Part shown: in pieces, positions 17,151-26,887 of the stretch
Numbering within the stretch: the stretch's first letter is position 1
Layout of the letters: the number at the start of each line of letters is the position of its first letter
From: an uncultured bacterium
GTDB taxonomy: Bacteria > Bacillota_I > Bacilli_A > RF39 > UBA660
Direction: 5' to 3'
Length of the DNA: 41,426 nt
Assembly: GCA_949288625.1 (NCBI GenBank)
Contig: CASEKZ010000033.1
Span: 1-41,426 of the forward strand
The notes under the pieces: generated by a model
Database searches by the model: none
The model's input: only the letters and a program-made list of their open reading frames with translations
What the model was told of the DNA's origin: nothing
Translations under genes and position numbers: made by a program

Positions 17151-17732
17151 TTACCAAGAAACCGCAATATCAATCTGTGTAGAATTATTTTCGGCAAACC
17201 CTCCTGTGTCACATACGATTGCATACCCAAGGGAACTTTCTATTATAGTTCCTCGCGGACGAATTTCAAAGTTTGCTGCTATCATTACGTAATCGCCAAG
17301 CATTTTAACTCCATCATCACGAATCCAATATGGGTATTCTTCTTCAGAATAACCTAAACGACGCATTGTATTAATTACGTTTGTCATGTTTAAATTATAA
17401 TATGTTTCTTTTCCAGACGGGCCATAAACAACGCCTTTACTTTTAGTAAGTACATCTCCAGACCAATTAAAAGCTGGTAAAGTATTTGCTTTTTTTGTTG
17501 TTGCTTGTTGCGTGGTTGTAGTCACACTTTCCTGTGTGCTTAGTTCCTCAACGACTGCAGAAGAAGCAACATAATTATTAGGGTCAAACGTTTTTTTAGT
17601 AGTAGAAACAGTAATTACATCTCCACCATTTACGGAAAATAATATTCCGGCCTTTGAAAAACCAATAAATGCTATTAAACAAACCACAAGGATTAGTAAA
17701 GCACCCTTAATTTTTCTATTAAAATGTTTCAC
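17151..17732 (-). CDS. 3D-domain (YabE/YuiC-like, RlpA-type double-psi beta-barrel) cell-wall protein with N-terminal signal-anchor
   Basis: C-terminus YVMIAANFEIRPRGTIIESSLGYAIVCDTGGF..IDIAVSW is a typical 3D domain. It occupies the B. subtilis yabE position after tatD. Start reassigned to GTG 17732 (VKHFNRKIKGALLILVV..), which has an AGAGGTG SD; the track start is 17795. Confidence 0.75.
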   Translation of the reverse strand: MKHFNRKIKGALLILVVCLIAFIGFSKAGILFSVNGGDVITVSTTKKTFDPNNYVASSAVVEELSTQESVTTTTQQATTKKANTLPAFNWSGDVLTKSKGVVYGPSGKETYYNLNMTNVINTMRRLGYSEEEYPYWIRDDGVKMLGDYVMIAANFEIRPRGTIIESSLGYAIVCDTGGFAENNSTQIDIAVSW

Positions 17733-17784
17733 TTTTTCACCTCTTACCCTTTCGGGTTCGTATTTAATGTTATCATAAATGCCA

Positions 17785-18537
17785 CTATAAGTCAAATTTT
17801 GAGCAAACTGAATCCGCGCTTATCTTTATTACTTCACTTTCTTTCATACCTTTTATTTGAGCTATTTTTTTAGCTACTAAAATAACGTTTTTAGGCACGT
17901 TTTTCATACCACGATAAGGCTCAGGAGATAAGTACGGGCTATCCGTTTCTAATGATAAATAGCTAATATCTACCTTTTTTACCACTTCTTGTAAAGCTTT
18001 TGCATTTTTAAAGGTAACTACGCCGCCAATGCCTAATAAAAATCCTAATTTAGTAAAATTATTAGCCATCTGTATGCTTCCTGAATAACAATGTAATATT
18101 CCTTTAACATTATATTCTTTAAGTAAATTATACGTGTCTAAAAAGGCTTTTCTACAATGTACTATTACCGGTAAGCCGTTTTCATTTGCAATTTTAAGCA
18201 TTTCTTTAAATACGGTAATTTGTTTGTTTTTGTTTTTTTTTGTCCAATAATAATCAAGCCCTATTTCGCCTACTGCAACAACTTTATCATTATGTACTAA
18301 TTCATTAATCATATCATATGTATATTCATTATAGTTTTCTACGTTTTGAGGACTAATACCAACTGCTGCATATACGTTTTCATAACTACTAGCTAAAAAA
18401 ACAGCTTCTTTACTAGATTCTAAATCATAACCATTAATAATAATTTTATCTACGCCAGAATTAAAAGAATCTTCTATAATCTTCTTAGGATCTTCATATT
18501 CACTTGATAAAACATGACAATGAGAATCAATTAACAT
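17785..18537 (-). CDS. tatD: TatD-family metal-dependent DNase/hydrolase
   Basis: LIDSHCHV, GEIGLDYYW, PVIVHCRKA, ILHCYSG and ETDSPYLSP motifs. Start at ATG 18537 (MLIDSH..) with a GGTGA SD. Confidence 0.92.
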   Translation of the reverse strand: MLIDSHCHVLSSEYEDPKKIIEDSFNSGVDKIIINGYDLESSKEAVFLASSYENVYAAVGISPQNVENYNEYTYDMINELVHNDKVVAVGEIGLDYYWTKKNKNKQITVFKEMLKIANENGLPVIVHCRKAFLDTYNLLKEYNVKGILHCYSGSIQMANNFTKLGFLLGIGGVVTFKNAKALQEVVKKVDISYLSLETDSPYLSPEPYRGMKNVPKNVILVAKKIAQIKGMKESEVIKISADSVCSKFDL

Positions 18538-18563
18538 AATATCACCAAAAAAATTATACCACA

Positions 18564-18746
18564 CTAATGGTATAATTTAATTATTAAAAACTTAATAAAA
18601 ATTATCAAAACGATAGCAAAATAAATAGCATCTTTTAAAAGACCGCTTTCAAAATACATAAGCCCTATAAAAGATAGTAAAACCATAAAAAACATGATTT
18701 TAATCACAAGGCTCTTTTTTTCTTTTGTTGATGTGCTACGGTGCAT
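18564..18746 (-). CDS. Hypothetical small membrane protein (60 aa, two predicted TM segments)
   Basis: ORF with an AAAGGAAG SD. Basic N-terminus followed by two hydrophobic stretches. No recognisable family. It could be a real micro-protein or a chance ORF. Confidence 0.4.
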   Translation of the reverse strand: MHRSTSTKEKKSLVIKIMFFMVLLSFIGLMYFESGLLKDAIYFAIVLIIFIKFLIIKLYH

Positions 18747-18884
18747 AATTGTTCTTCCTTTCGTAGGATTTTTACCACAATTACAGCATTAAAAATATAA
18801 CACAATAAAAAATAGATGTAAATGTTTTAGACAATTAATTTCAGAATTAGACAAAATTTTACAATTATAATAATTATATAAAAA

Positions 18885-19391
18885 TTATGCATACTCAAAA
18901 TAACTTTCTAAAAAAGAAATTGAAAACTTTATTAATTCATCATGCGATTTAAGGTTGCTATCTGCACCTTCAAACACCAAATACCCAGATAAATCGCCAT
19001 TAGGCGAAATTGGAAAAACTTTATATGACTTATTTAACTTATAATCGTTAGTTAGTTTTAGATCCTTTAATGTGCCTTTTAAAGCATTATTTTCAAAATC
19101 AGCAGAAAGCGATACATTTGATAAAGTGCAAACGTTAGTAAAAACTACTTCATCAGTGTTTGTAACAAAAACATTAGCATTTACTTTATTTGCAAGAGCC
19201 TTGATAAAAGAACTTATAAATTCTTCGTTTTTACTTATAGCTATATATTTTTTTAATGATATTGTTTGGGTATCGCTCAAAAAAATTTCAAGCAATTCCC
19301 CTGCTTTAATATGCATGGTTTTTCTCATTTCCTTTGGGATTACAATTCTCCCTAATTCATCTATTCTTCTTGTTATTCCAGTTGTTTTCAT
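18885..19391 (-). CDS. spoVT: Stage V sporulation transcription factor SpoVT (AbrB-type swapped-hairpin N-domain plus GAF-like C-domain)
   Basis: MKTTGITRRIDELGRIVIPKEMRKTMHIKAGELLEIF matches B. subtilis SpoVT (MKATGIVRRIDDLGRVVIPKEIRRTLRIREGDPLEIF). 168 aa. Directly after mfd as in B. subtilis. Start at ATG 19391 with a GAAGGGAAG SD. Confidence 0.88.
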   Translation of the reverse strand: MKTTGITRRIDELGRIVIPKEMRKTMHIKAGELLEIFLSDTQTISLKKYIAISKNEEFISSFIKALANKVNANVFVTNTDEVVFTNVCTLSNVSLSADFENNALKGTLKDLKLTNDYKLNKSYKVFPISPNGDLSGYLVFEGADSNLKSHDELIKFSISFLESYFEYA

Positions 19392-19434
19392 ACAATTCTT
19401 CCCTTCTTTTTTAGAATGTATAAAACTACTAATT

Positions 19435-22400
19435 TTATTCAATAACATCAAGCATTTTTATTAAATAGTAAAGATAATGTTCACTTAGTCCTTTAAGTTT
19501 TAATATTATTATTAAAATATCATTTAAGTACTTAACCTCAAAATTAGAACTAATGTTAAATAGTGTTACTAACACGTTGGTTCCATCTTGTTTTTTTGAT
19601 GTTTCTTTACTAAAGTAGACTGTTATAGTGTTTGGCTGCTGATCTACCTTAAACACACCTTTTTTCTTGGCATTAGATTGAAATAATTCTTCTAACATAT
19701 AAGATATTATGGAATCATCTAACTCTCCAAAACGGTCAGATAACTCGTTTTTTACTTTAACAAAAGTATCAAAGCTGTCAATCATGTTTATTTTTTTATG
19801 TATTTCTATTTTTAGGTCTTCACTATCAGCATACCTATCACTTATATGAGTAGATACCTGGACAAATGGTTTTTCATCTTCTTTTAAAGTAAAATCGTCT
19901 TCGACTTTGTTTCCTTTTAGTTTTTCTACTTCTTCGTTTAAGATTTTTAAATACATATCATATCCAACCGAATCGATAAATCCCGATTGCTCTGCGCCCA
20001 ATATATTCCCCGCACCACGGATTGCAAGGTCTCTTACGGCAAGTGCATACCCACTACCTAATTCAGTAAATTCTTTTATGGCATCTAGCCTTTTTACAGC
20101 AATATCATTTAACTCTTTATTTTTATTATACATTAAATATGCGTATGCTAACACTTTGCCCCTTCCTATTCTTCCTCTTATTTGATAAAGTTGACTAAGT
20201 CCAAAATGATCCGAATCTAAAACGATTAATGTGTTAGCGTTAGAAATGTCAATTCCAGTTTCAATGATTGTTGTACATACTAAAACGTTATATTCTTTAT
20301 TAACAAAACGTTCCATTGTTAATTCGATTTTTTCTTTATTCATTTGACCATGAATATATGCAATTTTTGATTCTGGAACAAGTTTTTTAACCCTGGCCAC
20401 CTGATTTTCAATTTTTGACACATTATTATAAAGGAAAAAAACTTGACCATCACGTGCTAATTCTTTATAAATAGCATCCCTTATAACCTGCTCATTTTCC
20501 CTTAAAACATATGTTTGAACAGGATACCTAAAATTTGGTGGTGTTTCTATTAAAGATAAACCTCTTATTCCCGTTAATGACATTTGCAAAGTCCTTGGAA
20601 TAGGAGTTGCAGAAAGCGTTAAAACATCTACATTTTCTTTATATTTTTTTATTTTTTCTTTATGTGTTACACCAAATCTTTGTTCCTCGTCTATTACTAA
20701 AAGGCCTAAATCCTTAAATTTTATATCATTACTTAACAACCTATGTGTACCTATTATCAAGTCTATCTTGCCGTTTTTTAAATCATCCAATATTTCTTTT
20801 TTCTTTTTACCATTAACAAATCTATTTATAACTTTTATATTTACCCCGACAGAAGAAAATCTTTCTAATGCATTATCATAATGTTGTTTTGATAAAATTG
20901 TGGTAGGACATAAAAACGCTGCTTGTTTACCTGCTTCAATCGCCTTAAAAATTGCCCTAAAAGCCACTTCCGTTTTACCATACCCGACGTCTCCACAAAG
21001 TAATCTGTCCATTGGATAAGGCTTTTGCATATCTTCTTTTATTTCTTTTATTGCTTTTAATTGGTCTGTGGTTTCTTCATAATTAAATTTACTTTCAAAG
21101 ATAAGCTGTTCTTCATCATCATTTGGAAATGCAAAGCCAGGCGTAAGTTTCCGTTTTGCGGATACCTCTAAAAGTTCTTTTGCAATATCTTTAACTTTTC
21201 CCTTTATTTTAGCTTTTTGTTTTACCCATTCTGTTCCACCGAGTTTATTAAGTTTTGGTCTTACACCTTCATTGGAAGAATACTTGCTAATGTATTCTAT
21301 TTTTTCAACAGGAATATATAATTTATCAGAGTCTTTATATTCTAAGTGAATAAAATCTTTTTTTAATCCTTTAACGGTTAATGTTACTATTCCTAAATAC
21401 CTTCCTATTCCATGAGCCATATGAACAACATAATCACCCGGGTTAAGTTTATTTATATCTTTAATTTTAACGCCGTATTTAAAAGTGCTTTTATATTTTA
21501 TAACTTGTTTTTCTTTATAGATTTCATTTTGCGATAAATATACATAATTATCTATGACAAAACCATTATATAATTTTTCTTTAATAACATTAACTACATT
21601 TTCTTTTAAATCGTTATTGCTACTTAAAACCGACATTACACTAGATTTACTAATAAAGTCATTAACTTGTTCTTTGTTATTTAAGCAAACAATTACCATT
21701 TTCCCATCTTGAAGAGAATCTTTTAAGAATTTATTTATTTTATTGTAGTTTCCATTAAAATTCTCTATTTTATATGAAGAATAATTTTCCACAATACTTT
21801 CATCTTTTTTAATGTAGTTATCAACAGATAAAATGTTAACGTAGCTACTTGGAATTATATTGTTTAAATCATGCATATAATTTTCAATATCAAAACTATC
21901 TGTTTTTTTAAACTCAGTTACTTCTTCCATAATTCTCTCATATGCTAAAAAAATTGAATCTAAATCAATGAATACTTCTATTTTAGATGAAAGATAATCA
22001 GATAAAGAAGATATTTTACTCATAACCTGAGGTAATAAGCTTTGTCTATCTGGTATATCATCTAAGTTTTTTTCTTTTATAAACTCAGTAAAAGGCATTA
22101 TTTTTACATCATCTTTTTGCGAAACAGATAATTGTGTGTTAACGTTAAATTCTCTTATTTGTTCAACTTCATCATCAAAAAATTCAATTCTTATTGGGTT
22201 ATCATAGCCAAAGGGAAAAACATCTAAAATATAGCCACGGTTAGCATACTCACCTGTTTTAGTTACTATGCTTTCTTTTTTATAACCTATTTTAGAAAGC
22301 TTATCTATTAAAGTTTGGCGATTTATTTCATCACCTTTCCTTATTGTGATATTTAAAGTTTTCCACAGGTTATTATCAGGCAAGAATCTAAGATATCCCA

Positions 22401-22734
22401 TCAAGTTAGTAATAACTATTCTTTTATTATCACAACATGTTAAATCGTTTAAGGTTTCTATTCTTTTTGACATCAAATCAGGTGATGTAGCTAACGCTTC
22501 ACTTACTACAAAATCGTCCATTGGAAATAACAAAACCACGTTTTCATCAAAAAAAGATAACGATTTATATAGGTTATTAGCTTCGTATAACGTGTTCGTA
22601 ATAACCAAAATATTTTGTTTTGAAGCACAAAAAAGATTCCAAACATAAAATGCTTGGACATTGTTATTTAATCCGAAAACATTTACTGACTTCGAACTTT
22701 TTAAAATCTTATGTTCAAAAACGCCTTCAAACAT
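19435..22734 (-). CDS. mfd: Transcription-repair coupling factor
   Basis: 1099 aa. CarD/TRCF motif GDYVVHMAHGIGRYLGI, helicase motifs CGDVGYGKTEVA, VIDEEQRFGV and TATPIPRTL. Follows pth. Confidence 0.97.
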   Translation of the reverse strand: MFEGVFEHKILKSSKSVNVFGLNNNVQAFYVWNLFCASKQNILVITNTLYEANNLYKSLSFFDENVVLLFPMDDFVVSEALATSPDLMSKRIETLNDLTCCDNKRIVITNLMGYLRFLPDNNLWKTLNITIRKGDEINRQTLIDKLSKIGYKKESIVTKTGEYANRGYILDVFPFGYDNPIRIEFFDDEVEQIREFNVNTQLSVSQKDDVKIMPFTEFIKEKNLDDIPDRQSLLPQVMSKISSLSDYLSSKIEVFIDLDSIFLAYERIMEEVTEFKKTDSFDIENYMHDLNNIIPSSYVNILSVDNYIKKDESIVENYSSYKIENFNGNYNKINKFLKDSLQDGKMVIVCLNNKEQVNDFISKSSVMSVLSSNNDLKENVVNVIKEKLYNGFVIDNYVYLSQNEIYKEKQVIKYKSTFKYGVKIKDINKLNPGDYVVHMAHGIGRYLGIVTLTVKGLKKDFIHLEYKDSDKLYIPVEKIEYISKYSSNEGVRPKLNKLGGTEWVKQKAKIKGKVKDIAKELLEVSAKRKLTPGFAFPNDDEEQLIFESKFNYEETTDQLKAIKEIKEDMQKPYPMDRLLCGDVGYGKTEVAFRAIFKAIEAGKQAAFLCPTTILSKQHYDNALERFSSVGVNIKVINRFVNGKKKKEILDDLKNGKIDLIIGTHRLLSNDIKFKDLGLLVIDEEQRFGVTHKEKIKKYKENVDVLTLSATPIPRTLQMSLTGIRGLSLIETPPNFRYPVQTYVLRENEQVIRDAIYKELARDGQVFFLYNNVSKIENQVARVKKLVPESKIAYIHGQMNKEKIELTMERFVNKEYNVLVCTTIIETGIDISNANTLIVLDSDHFGLSQLYQIRGRIGRGKVLAYAYLMYNKNKELNDIAVKRLDAIKEFTELGSGYALAVRDLAIRGAGNILGAEQSGFIDSVGYDMYLKILNEEVEKLKGNKVEDDFTLKEDEKPFVQVSTHISDRYADSEDLKIEIHKKINMIDSFDTFVKVKNELSDRFGELDDSIISYMLEELFQSNAKKKGVFKVDQQPNTITVYFSKETSKKQDGTNVLVTLFNISSNFEVKYLNDILIIILKLKGLSEHYLYYLIKMLDVIE

Positions 22735-22748
22735 AATATCCCTCGTTT

Positions 22749-23324
22749 CTAATTTTGAATTTTTCCGTTGTATTTGTTCATAACATCTTTAAATGGGTGT
22801 CCAATTGAATATAATACCGCATCTGCAACACGTTCTATAACGGGTTTTAATATTTTCTTTTCCTCAGGACTTAATTTACCAAGAACATAATCTTTGGTAT
22901 CAATGTCTTTGTTATTTGATATTCCAATTTTTATTCGTTTATATTCATTAGTTTTTAACTGATTTTCTATGTTTTTTAAACCATTATGCCCACCTGAGCT
23001 ACCTTTTTCTTTTAGTTTTATGGTACCTAATGGCAAGTCTAAATCATCACTAACAACAAGAATATTTTCGGTTTTAATATCAAGAAAATTAACAAAATTT
23101 ATCATAACATCACCTGATAAATTTATAAATCGCTGAGGTTTAAGAAAAACTACTCTACACAAGTCTAAATGACAATCAAAATAAAGTGCACCATCTCTTT
23201 CCTTCCATTTATAAACTTCTAATCTTTTAGCTATTTCATCTAAAACTTTAAACCCCATGTTATGTCTTGTATTTTTATATTTCGCACCGGGATTACCCAA
23301 ACCAACAACTAATTTTATTTTCAT
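22749..23324 (-). CDS. pth: Peptidyl-tRNA hydrolase
   Basis: LVVGLGNPGAKYKNTRHNMGF and GSSGGHNGLKNI motifs. Confidence 0.96.
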   Translation of the reverse strand: MKIKLVVGLGNPGAKYKNTRHNMGFKVLDEIAKRLEVYKWKERDGALYFDCHLDLCRVVFLKPQRFINLSGDVMINFVNFLDIKTENILVVSDDLDLPLGTIKLKEKGSSGGHNGLKNIENQLKTNEYKRIKIGISNNKDIDTKDYVLGKLSPEEKKILKPVIERVADAVLYSIGHPFKDVMNKYNGKIQN

Positions 23325-24049
23325 ATACTACCTCCATTAAATATTGCTAATACTTCATTCGTATAAGACCCATCGTCATTATGTATAACCATATTTTTCT
23401 CTATTTCAAAACCTGGTTTACCATTTTTGGATCCCTCAATTAAAATCAGATTTGACTTTGCGTTTTTAAACGGATAAATTATTCGCAATCGTTTTGGTTC
23501 AATGTTATTTTGCCTCATTAAAGTTATAATATCAATTAAACGTTCAGTACGATGAACCATTGCGATTTTTCCGTTATTTTTCAATATTTTTTTTGCACAT
23601 TTAAACACGTCATTAAGACGAAGCGATATCTCGTGCCTTGCTTTTGCCTTTACAAAATTATCATTTACATTACTTTCATTACTAATTTTAAAATACGACG
23701 GATTACACGTTATCAAATCAAAACTATCGGTATTATAAACCTTATTGGCATCATTTACATCCATGTTTAAAATTTTTATTTGATTATCCAAATTGTTTAT
23801 TTTCACACTATTTAATGCCAGTTCAAAAACTTCTTTTTGTAATTCTATTCCAGTAATACTAGATTTTGTCTTTGTACTTAAAAAAAGCGGAATTGGGGCA
23901 TTTCCGGTACAAAAATCAATTATTTTCATTTTATTATTTACCTTTACAAAATCCGCTAATAAAACAGAATCTAATGAAAAACTAAACCATTTTGTGTTTT
24001 GAAAAATTTTTAAACCTTTATAGTTTAAAAGATCATTAATTACTTCCAT
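23321..24049 (-). CDS. yabB: SAM-dependent N6-adenine methyltransferase (YabB / tRNA1(Val) m6A37 TrmN6-like)
   Basis: DFCTGNAPIP (SAM pocket) and CNPSYFK (NPPY-type) motifs. Follows yaaT, close to the B. subtilis order. Confidence 0.8.
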   Translation of the reverse strand: MEVINDLLNYKGLKIFQNTKWFSFSLDSVLLADFVKVNNKMKIIDFCTGNAPIPLFLSTKTKSSITGIELQKEVFELALNSVKINNLDNQIKILNMDVNDANKVYNTDSFDLITCNPSYFKISNESNVNDNFVKAKARHEISLRLNDVFKCAKKILKNNGKIAMVHRTERLIDIITLMRQNNIEPKRLRIIYPFKNAKSNLILIEGSKNGKPGFEIEKNMVIHNDDGSYTNEVLAIFNGGSI

Positions 24050-24833
24050 TATTTTCCACCATAACTTCTATTTCTTCTTGTTCATCAGTTCTAAACTTAT
24101 AGCTTTTCTTTAAAACGTTAAGTTCAAATACTCGTCCAGTTTTTTCATTAACAGTAACTAATTCCCCGATTTTCGGCAAATTTTTTTTATAATCAGTATA
24201 AACGTTATCTTCATACCCTAAACAACATAAAAGTCTGCCACATGATCCATTTATTTTAGTAGGATTTAAAGCAATTCCTTGATTTTTTGCCATATTTATT
24301 GAAACACTATCAAAAGTCGTTAAAAACTCGCTACAACAAAGTTTTCTTCCACATAAACCAATTCCCCCTATTTCTTTAGCTTTATCCCTTACTCCAATTT
24401 GTCTTAACTCTATCCTGGTTTTATACTTAGATGCAAGTAATTTTGCTAATTCTCTAAAATCAACCCTCGTATCCGCGATAAACTTAAAAATAAGTTTCTT
24501 TCTATCAAACGTATAAGAAGCATCATAGAGCTTCATTTCTAAATTTTCACTTTCTACTAGTTTTTTTGCATACTCTAATGCTTTACTAGCATCCACGATA
24601 TTTTTATTATTTATACGTTGGTCTTCTTTTGTGGCTATTCTTACAACGTCCTTTAATGGTAAAAACACTTTTTCTTTTTCAAGGTTTTCAACATCAGTAA
24701 CCGCAGTTCCATATTGTAATCCGCGTTCGGTTTCAACAATAACAGAATCATTTAATCTTACTTTTGTTTTACCTGGAGAAAAATAATATGTTCTACCACC
24801 TGATGAAAATCTAATTCCTATCACCTTTACCAT
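24036..24833 (-). CDS. yaaT: PSP1-domain stage 0 sporulation protein YaaT (RicT)
   Basis: VIGIRFSSGGRTYYF, ELRQIGVRDKAK and cysteine cluster GLCGRKLCC..CGRLLCCL. Follows holB. Confidence 0.9.
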   Translation of the reverse strand: MVKVIGIRFSSGGRTYYFSPGKTKVRLNDSVIVETERGLQYGTAVTDVENLEKEKVFLPLKDVVRIATKEDQRINNKNIVDASKALEYAKKLVESENLEMKLYDASYTFDRKKLIFKFIADTRVDFRELAKLLASKYKTRIELRQIGVRDKAKEIGGIGLCGRKLCCSEFLTTFDSVSINMAKNQGIALNPTKINGSCGRLLCCLGYEDNVYTDYKKNLPKIGELVTVNEKTGRVFELNVLKKSYKFRTDEQEEIEVMVENNGSN

Positions 24834-25743
24834 TTGTTATTTCTCCTATTCCAATTAAAACGTTACTAACAAACAACGTTACATTTACATTGTACTCCAA
24901 TTTATGTATATTTTCTAAAATAAATTTTATTTTTTTTATTAAAATCTTTGTCGAATGCGAATTAGCAATGTTTTTAATGCCAGTTTCACCATTAAAGTAT
25001 TCCATTTTTTGAAAAGTTTTATAATTTAAAGCATCCTTATACGCCAAAAGAATCACTAAAAAAGACGATTTTAATAACTCTTTGGAATTAAATTCATCTA
25101 AATAAAGTTCTTTTACTAAAGCAGTTGCTCTGACAATGTTATTTTCAATAACAAATAAATAATTTAATACATGATTTATTTGTTCTATATCTAAGTTAGT
25201 TATAGTTTCGATAAAATTTATGTCTTTTTTTATATTAGTATTATTTAACTTTATTATTTGACATCTTGAAACAATTGTATTTATAACCTCGTTTAAATTG
25301 GTTGTTGTAAATATAGCTACTGTATTACTTTCGGGTTCTTCAAGAAATTTCAATAAAGAATTAGCAGCAGATGAATTTAATGTTTCGGCGTTGTTAATAA
25401 TATAAACTTGCTTTTTTCCTTCAATTGATTGAGTTTGAAAAGAATCTCTTAATTTTATGATTTTTTCTTTATTTATTGTTCCGTTTACAGGGTTAATTAT
25501 TTTCAGTTCGCCAAAATTTCCAGAATTTATTCTAGCGCATATATTACAAAGTGAACAATTCATAAAATATTTATGGGGACAAATCATAACTTTCGATAAT
25601 AAAAGTGCATTTTTTTCTAAATCTTCAGGATTTATACCAACAAGCATATATGCTTGAGCACATGTTGAAGTGTTATTTATTTTATTCAATATTCTACTCA
25701 AAATTGGTTGTTTTTCTAATACTATTTCATGCAACTTTACCAC
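24811..25743 (-). CDS. holB: DNA polymerase III delta-prime subunit
   Basis: AQAYMLVG, Cys-rich insert CPHKY..CSLCNIC, LLKFLEEPESNTVAIFTT and TIVSRCQIIKL motifs. Confidence 0.88.
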   Translation of the reverse strand: MVKLHEIVLEKQPILSRILNKINNTSTCAQAYMLVGINPEDLEKNALLLSKVMICPHKYFMNCSLCNICARINSGNFGELKIINPVNGTINKEKIIKLRDSFQTQSIEGKKQVYIINNAETLNSSAANSLLKFLEEPESNTVAIFTTTNLNEVINTIVSRCQIIKLNNTNIKKDINFIETITNLDIEQINHVLNYLFVIENNIVRATALVKELYLDEFNSKELLKSSFLVILLAYKDALNYKTFQKMEYFNGETGIKNIANSHSTKILIKKIKFILENIHKLEYNVNVTLFVSNVLIGIGEITNGKGDRN

Positions 25744-25748
25744 CTCTT

Positions 25749-25937
25749 TTAGTAGTTAAAAAGGAGAAACAATGCCAACCCAATGATACCTGGCACATCA
25801 AAAAGACTTGCAATAATAATGGTTATTACATTTATTGGAATCATCAGATTAAGAGAAGATAAAAACGTATTATAACCAAATAATAAAATCATTCCTATAA
25901 CTACTTTTTTTAATATTTTCAACAAAAACCTGAACAT
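25749..25937 (-). CDS. bofA: Pro-sigma-K processing inhibitor BofA
   Basis: LNLMIPINVITIIIASLFDVPGIIGLALFLL aligns with B. subtilis BofA (LGIHVPINLVTTAISGILGIPGIAALVVI). Located after recR. Start at ATG 25937 with an AGAGGTGA SD. Confidence 0.75.
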   Translation of the reverse strand: MFRFLLKILKKVVIGMILLFGYNTFLSSLNLMIPINVITIIIASLFDVPGIIGLALFLLFNY

Positions 25938-25976
25938 ATTTTCACCTCTAATAAAAAATATGTTCAATTAATTATT

Positions 25977-26576
25977 TTATGATATCTCACTTCTGTTTTC
26001 AAATGCCATTTCTAAAGTCAAATCGTCCAAATATTCCATATCGGCTCCAATTGGTACACCATAAGCTATTTGTGTAACTTTAACATCAGTATTTTCCAAT
26101 AGTTTTTTTATGTATAATGATGTTGTATTTCCTTCTACACCAGGACTTAAAGCTAAAATTATTTCTTTTATATTTTCTGCTTTTATTCTATCAATAAGTT
26201 TTGCAATTGATAAGTCTTCAGGATTAACCCCGTCCATGGGTGATATCAAACCACCTAATACGTGATATTTTGTTTTAAAAATGCCTATTTTTTCAAAAAC
26301 AAATACATTTTTTTGATTTTCTACAACACATATCGTAGAGGAAGATCTGTTTTCATCATCACAAATCAAACATTTGTTCTCTTCTGATAAACAACCACAA
26401 TTAGGACAAGTTGTAATTTTTTTATTTAAATTAAGCAATGTATTACTAAAGTTGATTATTTGTTCTTCATTGAAATTCAGCATCGAAAAAGCATATCTTT
26501 CAGCTGTTTTTTCTCCAACACCAGGCAATAATTTAAAACATTCAATAAGCTGCAGTAAAGTTTTTGGATAATTCAT
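25977..26576 (-). CDS. recR: Recombination protein RecR
   Basis: LPGVGEKTAERYAF helix-hairpin-helix, C4 zinc finger CPNCGCLSEENKCLIC, and Toprim domain. Confidence 0.96.
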   Translation of the reverse strand: MNYPKTLLQLIECFKLLPGVGEKTAERYAFSMLNFNEEQIINFSNTLLNLNKKITTCPNCGCLSEENKCLICDDENRSSSTICVVENQKNVFVFEKIGIFKTKYHVLGGLISPMDGVNPEDLSIAKLIDRIKAENIKEIILALSPGVEGNTTSLYIKKLLENTDVKVTQIAYGVPIGADMEYLDDLTLEMAFENRSEIS

Positions 26577-26587
26577 TTCATAAACTC

Positions 26588-26887
26588 CTATAAAAGATTT
26601 CCTAATGGTCCCGCTTGACTACCTAATTTGCTGTTTATTTCTTTTTCTATTTTCTTTAATGCGTCGTTAACCGCAATTGCTATCATATCTTCTAAAATTT
26701 CAACATCATCTTTTTCTAACGAAATATCATCCTTAATTTTTACAGATATAACCTCTCTTTTTCCATTCATTTTAACTGAAACTAATTCAGAGTTTCCATC
26801 AAAAGTCATCTCTTCTATTTTTTTCTTAGATTCCATTATGTTTTTTTGCATTGCTTGTGCTTGTTTCATTAAAGCTTGTATATTCAT
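26588..26887 (-). CDS. ybaB: Nucleoid-associated protein YbaB/EbfC (YaaK)
   Basis: 99 aa. MNIQALMKQAQAMQKNI.. is a typical family sequence. Located between dnaX and recR. Confidence 0.92.
   Translation of the reverse strand: MNIQALMKQAQAMQKNIMESKKKIEEMTFDGNSELVSVKMNGKREVISVKIKDDISLEKDDVEILEDMIAIAVNDALKKIEKEINSKLGSQAGPLGNLL

Noticed and set aside
8120-18830. Shared motif CTATTTTTT(N0-5)ATTGTGTTA upstream of both spoVG (about 8120-8145) and the 60-aa ORF (about 18795-18815)
   Set aside because: It is short, AT-rich and imperfect. It is probably just similar promoter-like sequence, and there is too little information to call a regulatory motif.
19072-19464. 130-aa plus-strand ORF
   Set aside because: It is antisense to spoVT and to the mfd 3' end. 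It is a shadow ORF with no recognisable motifs.
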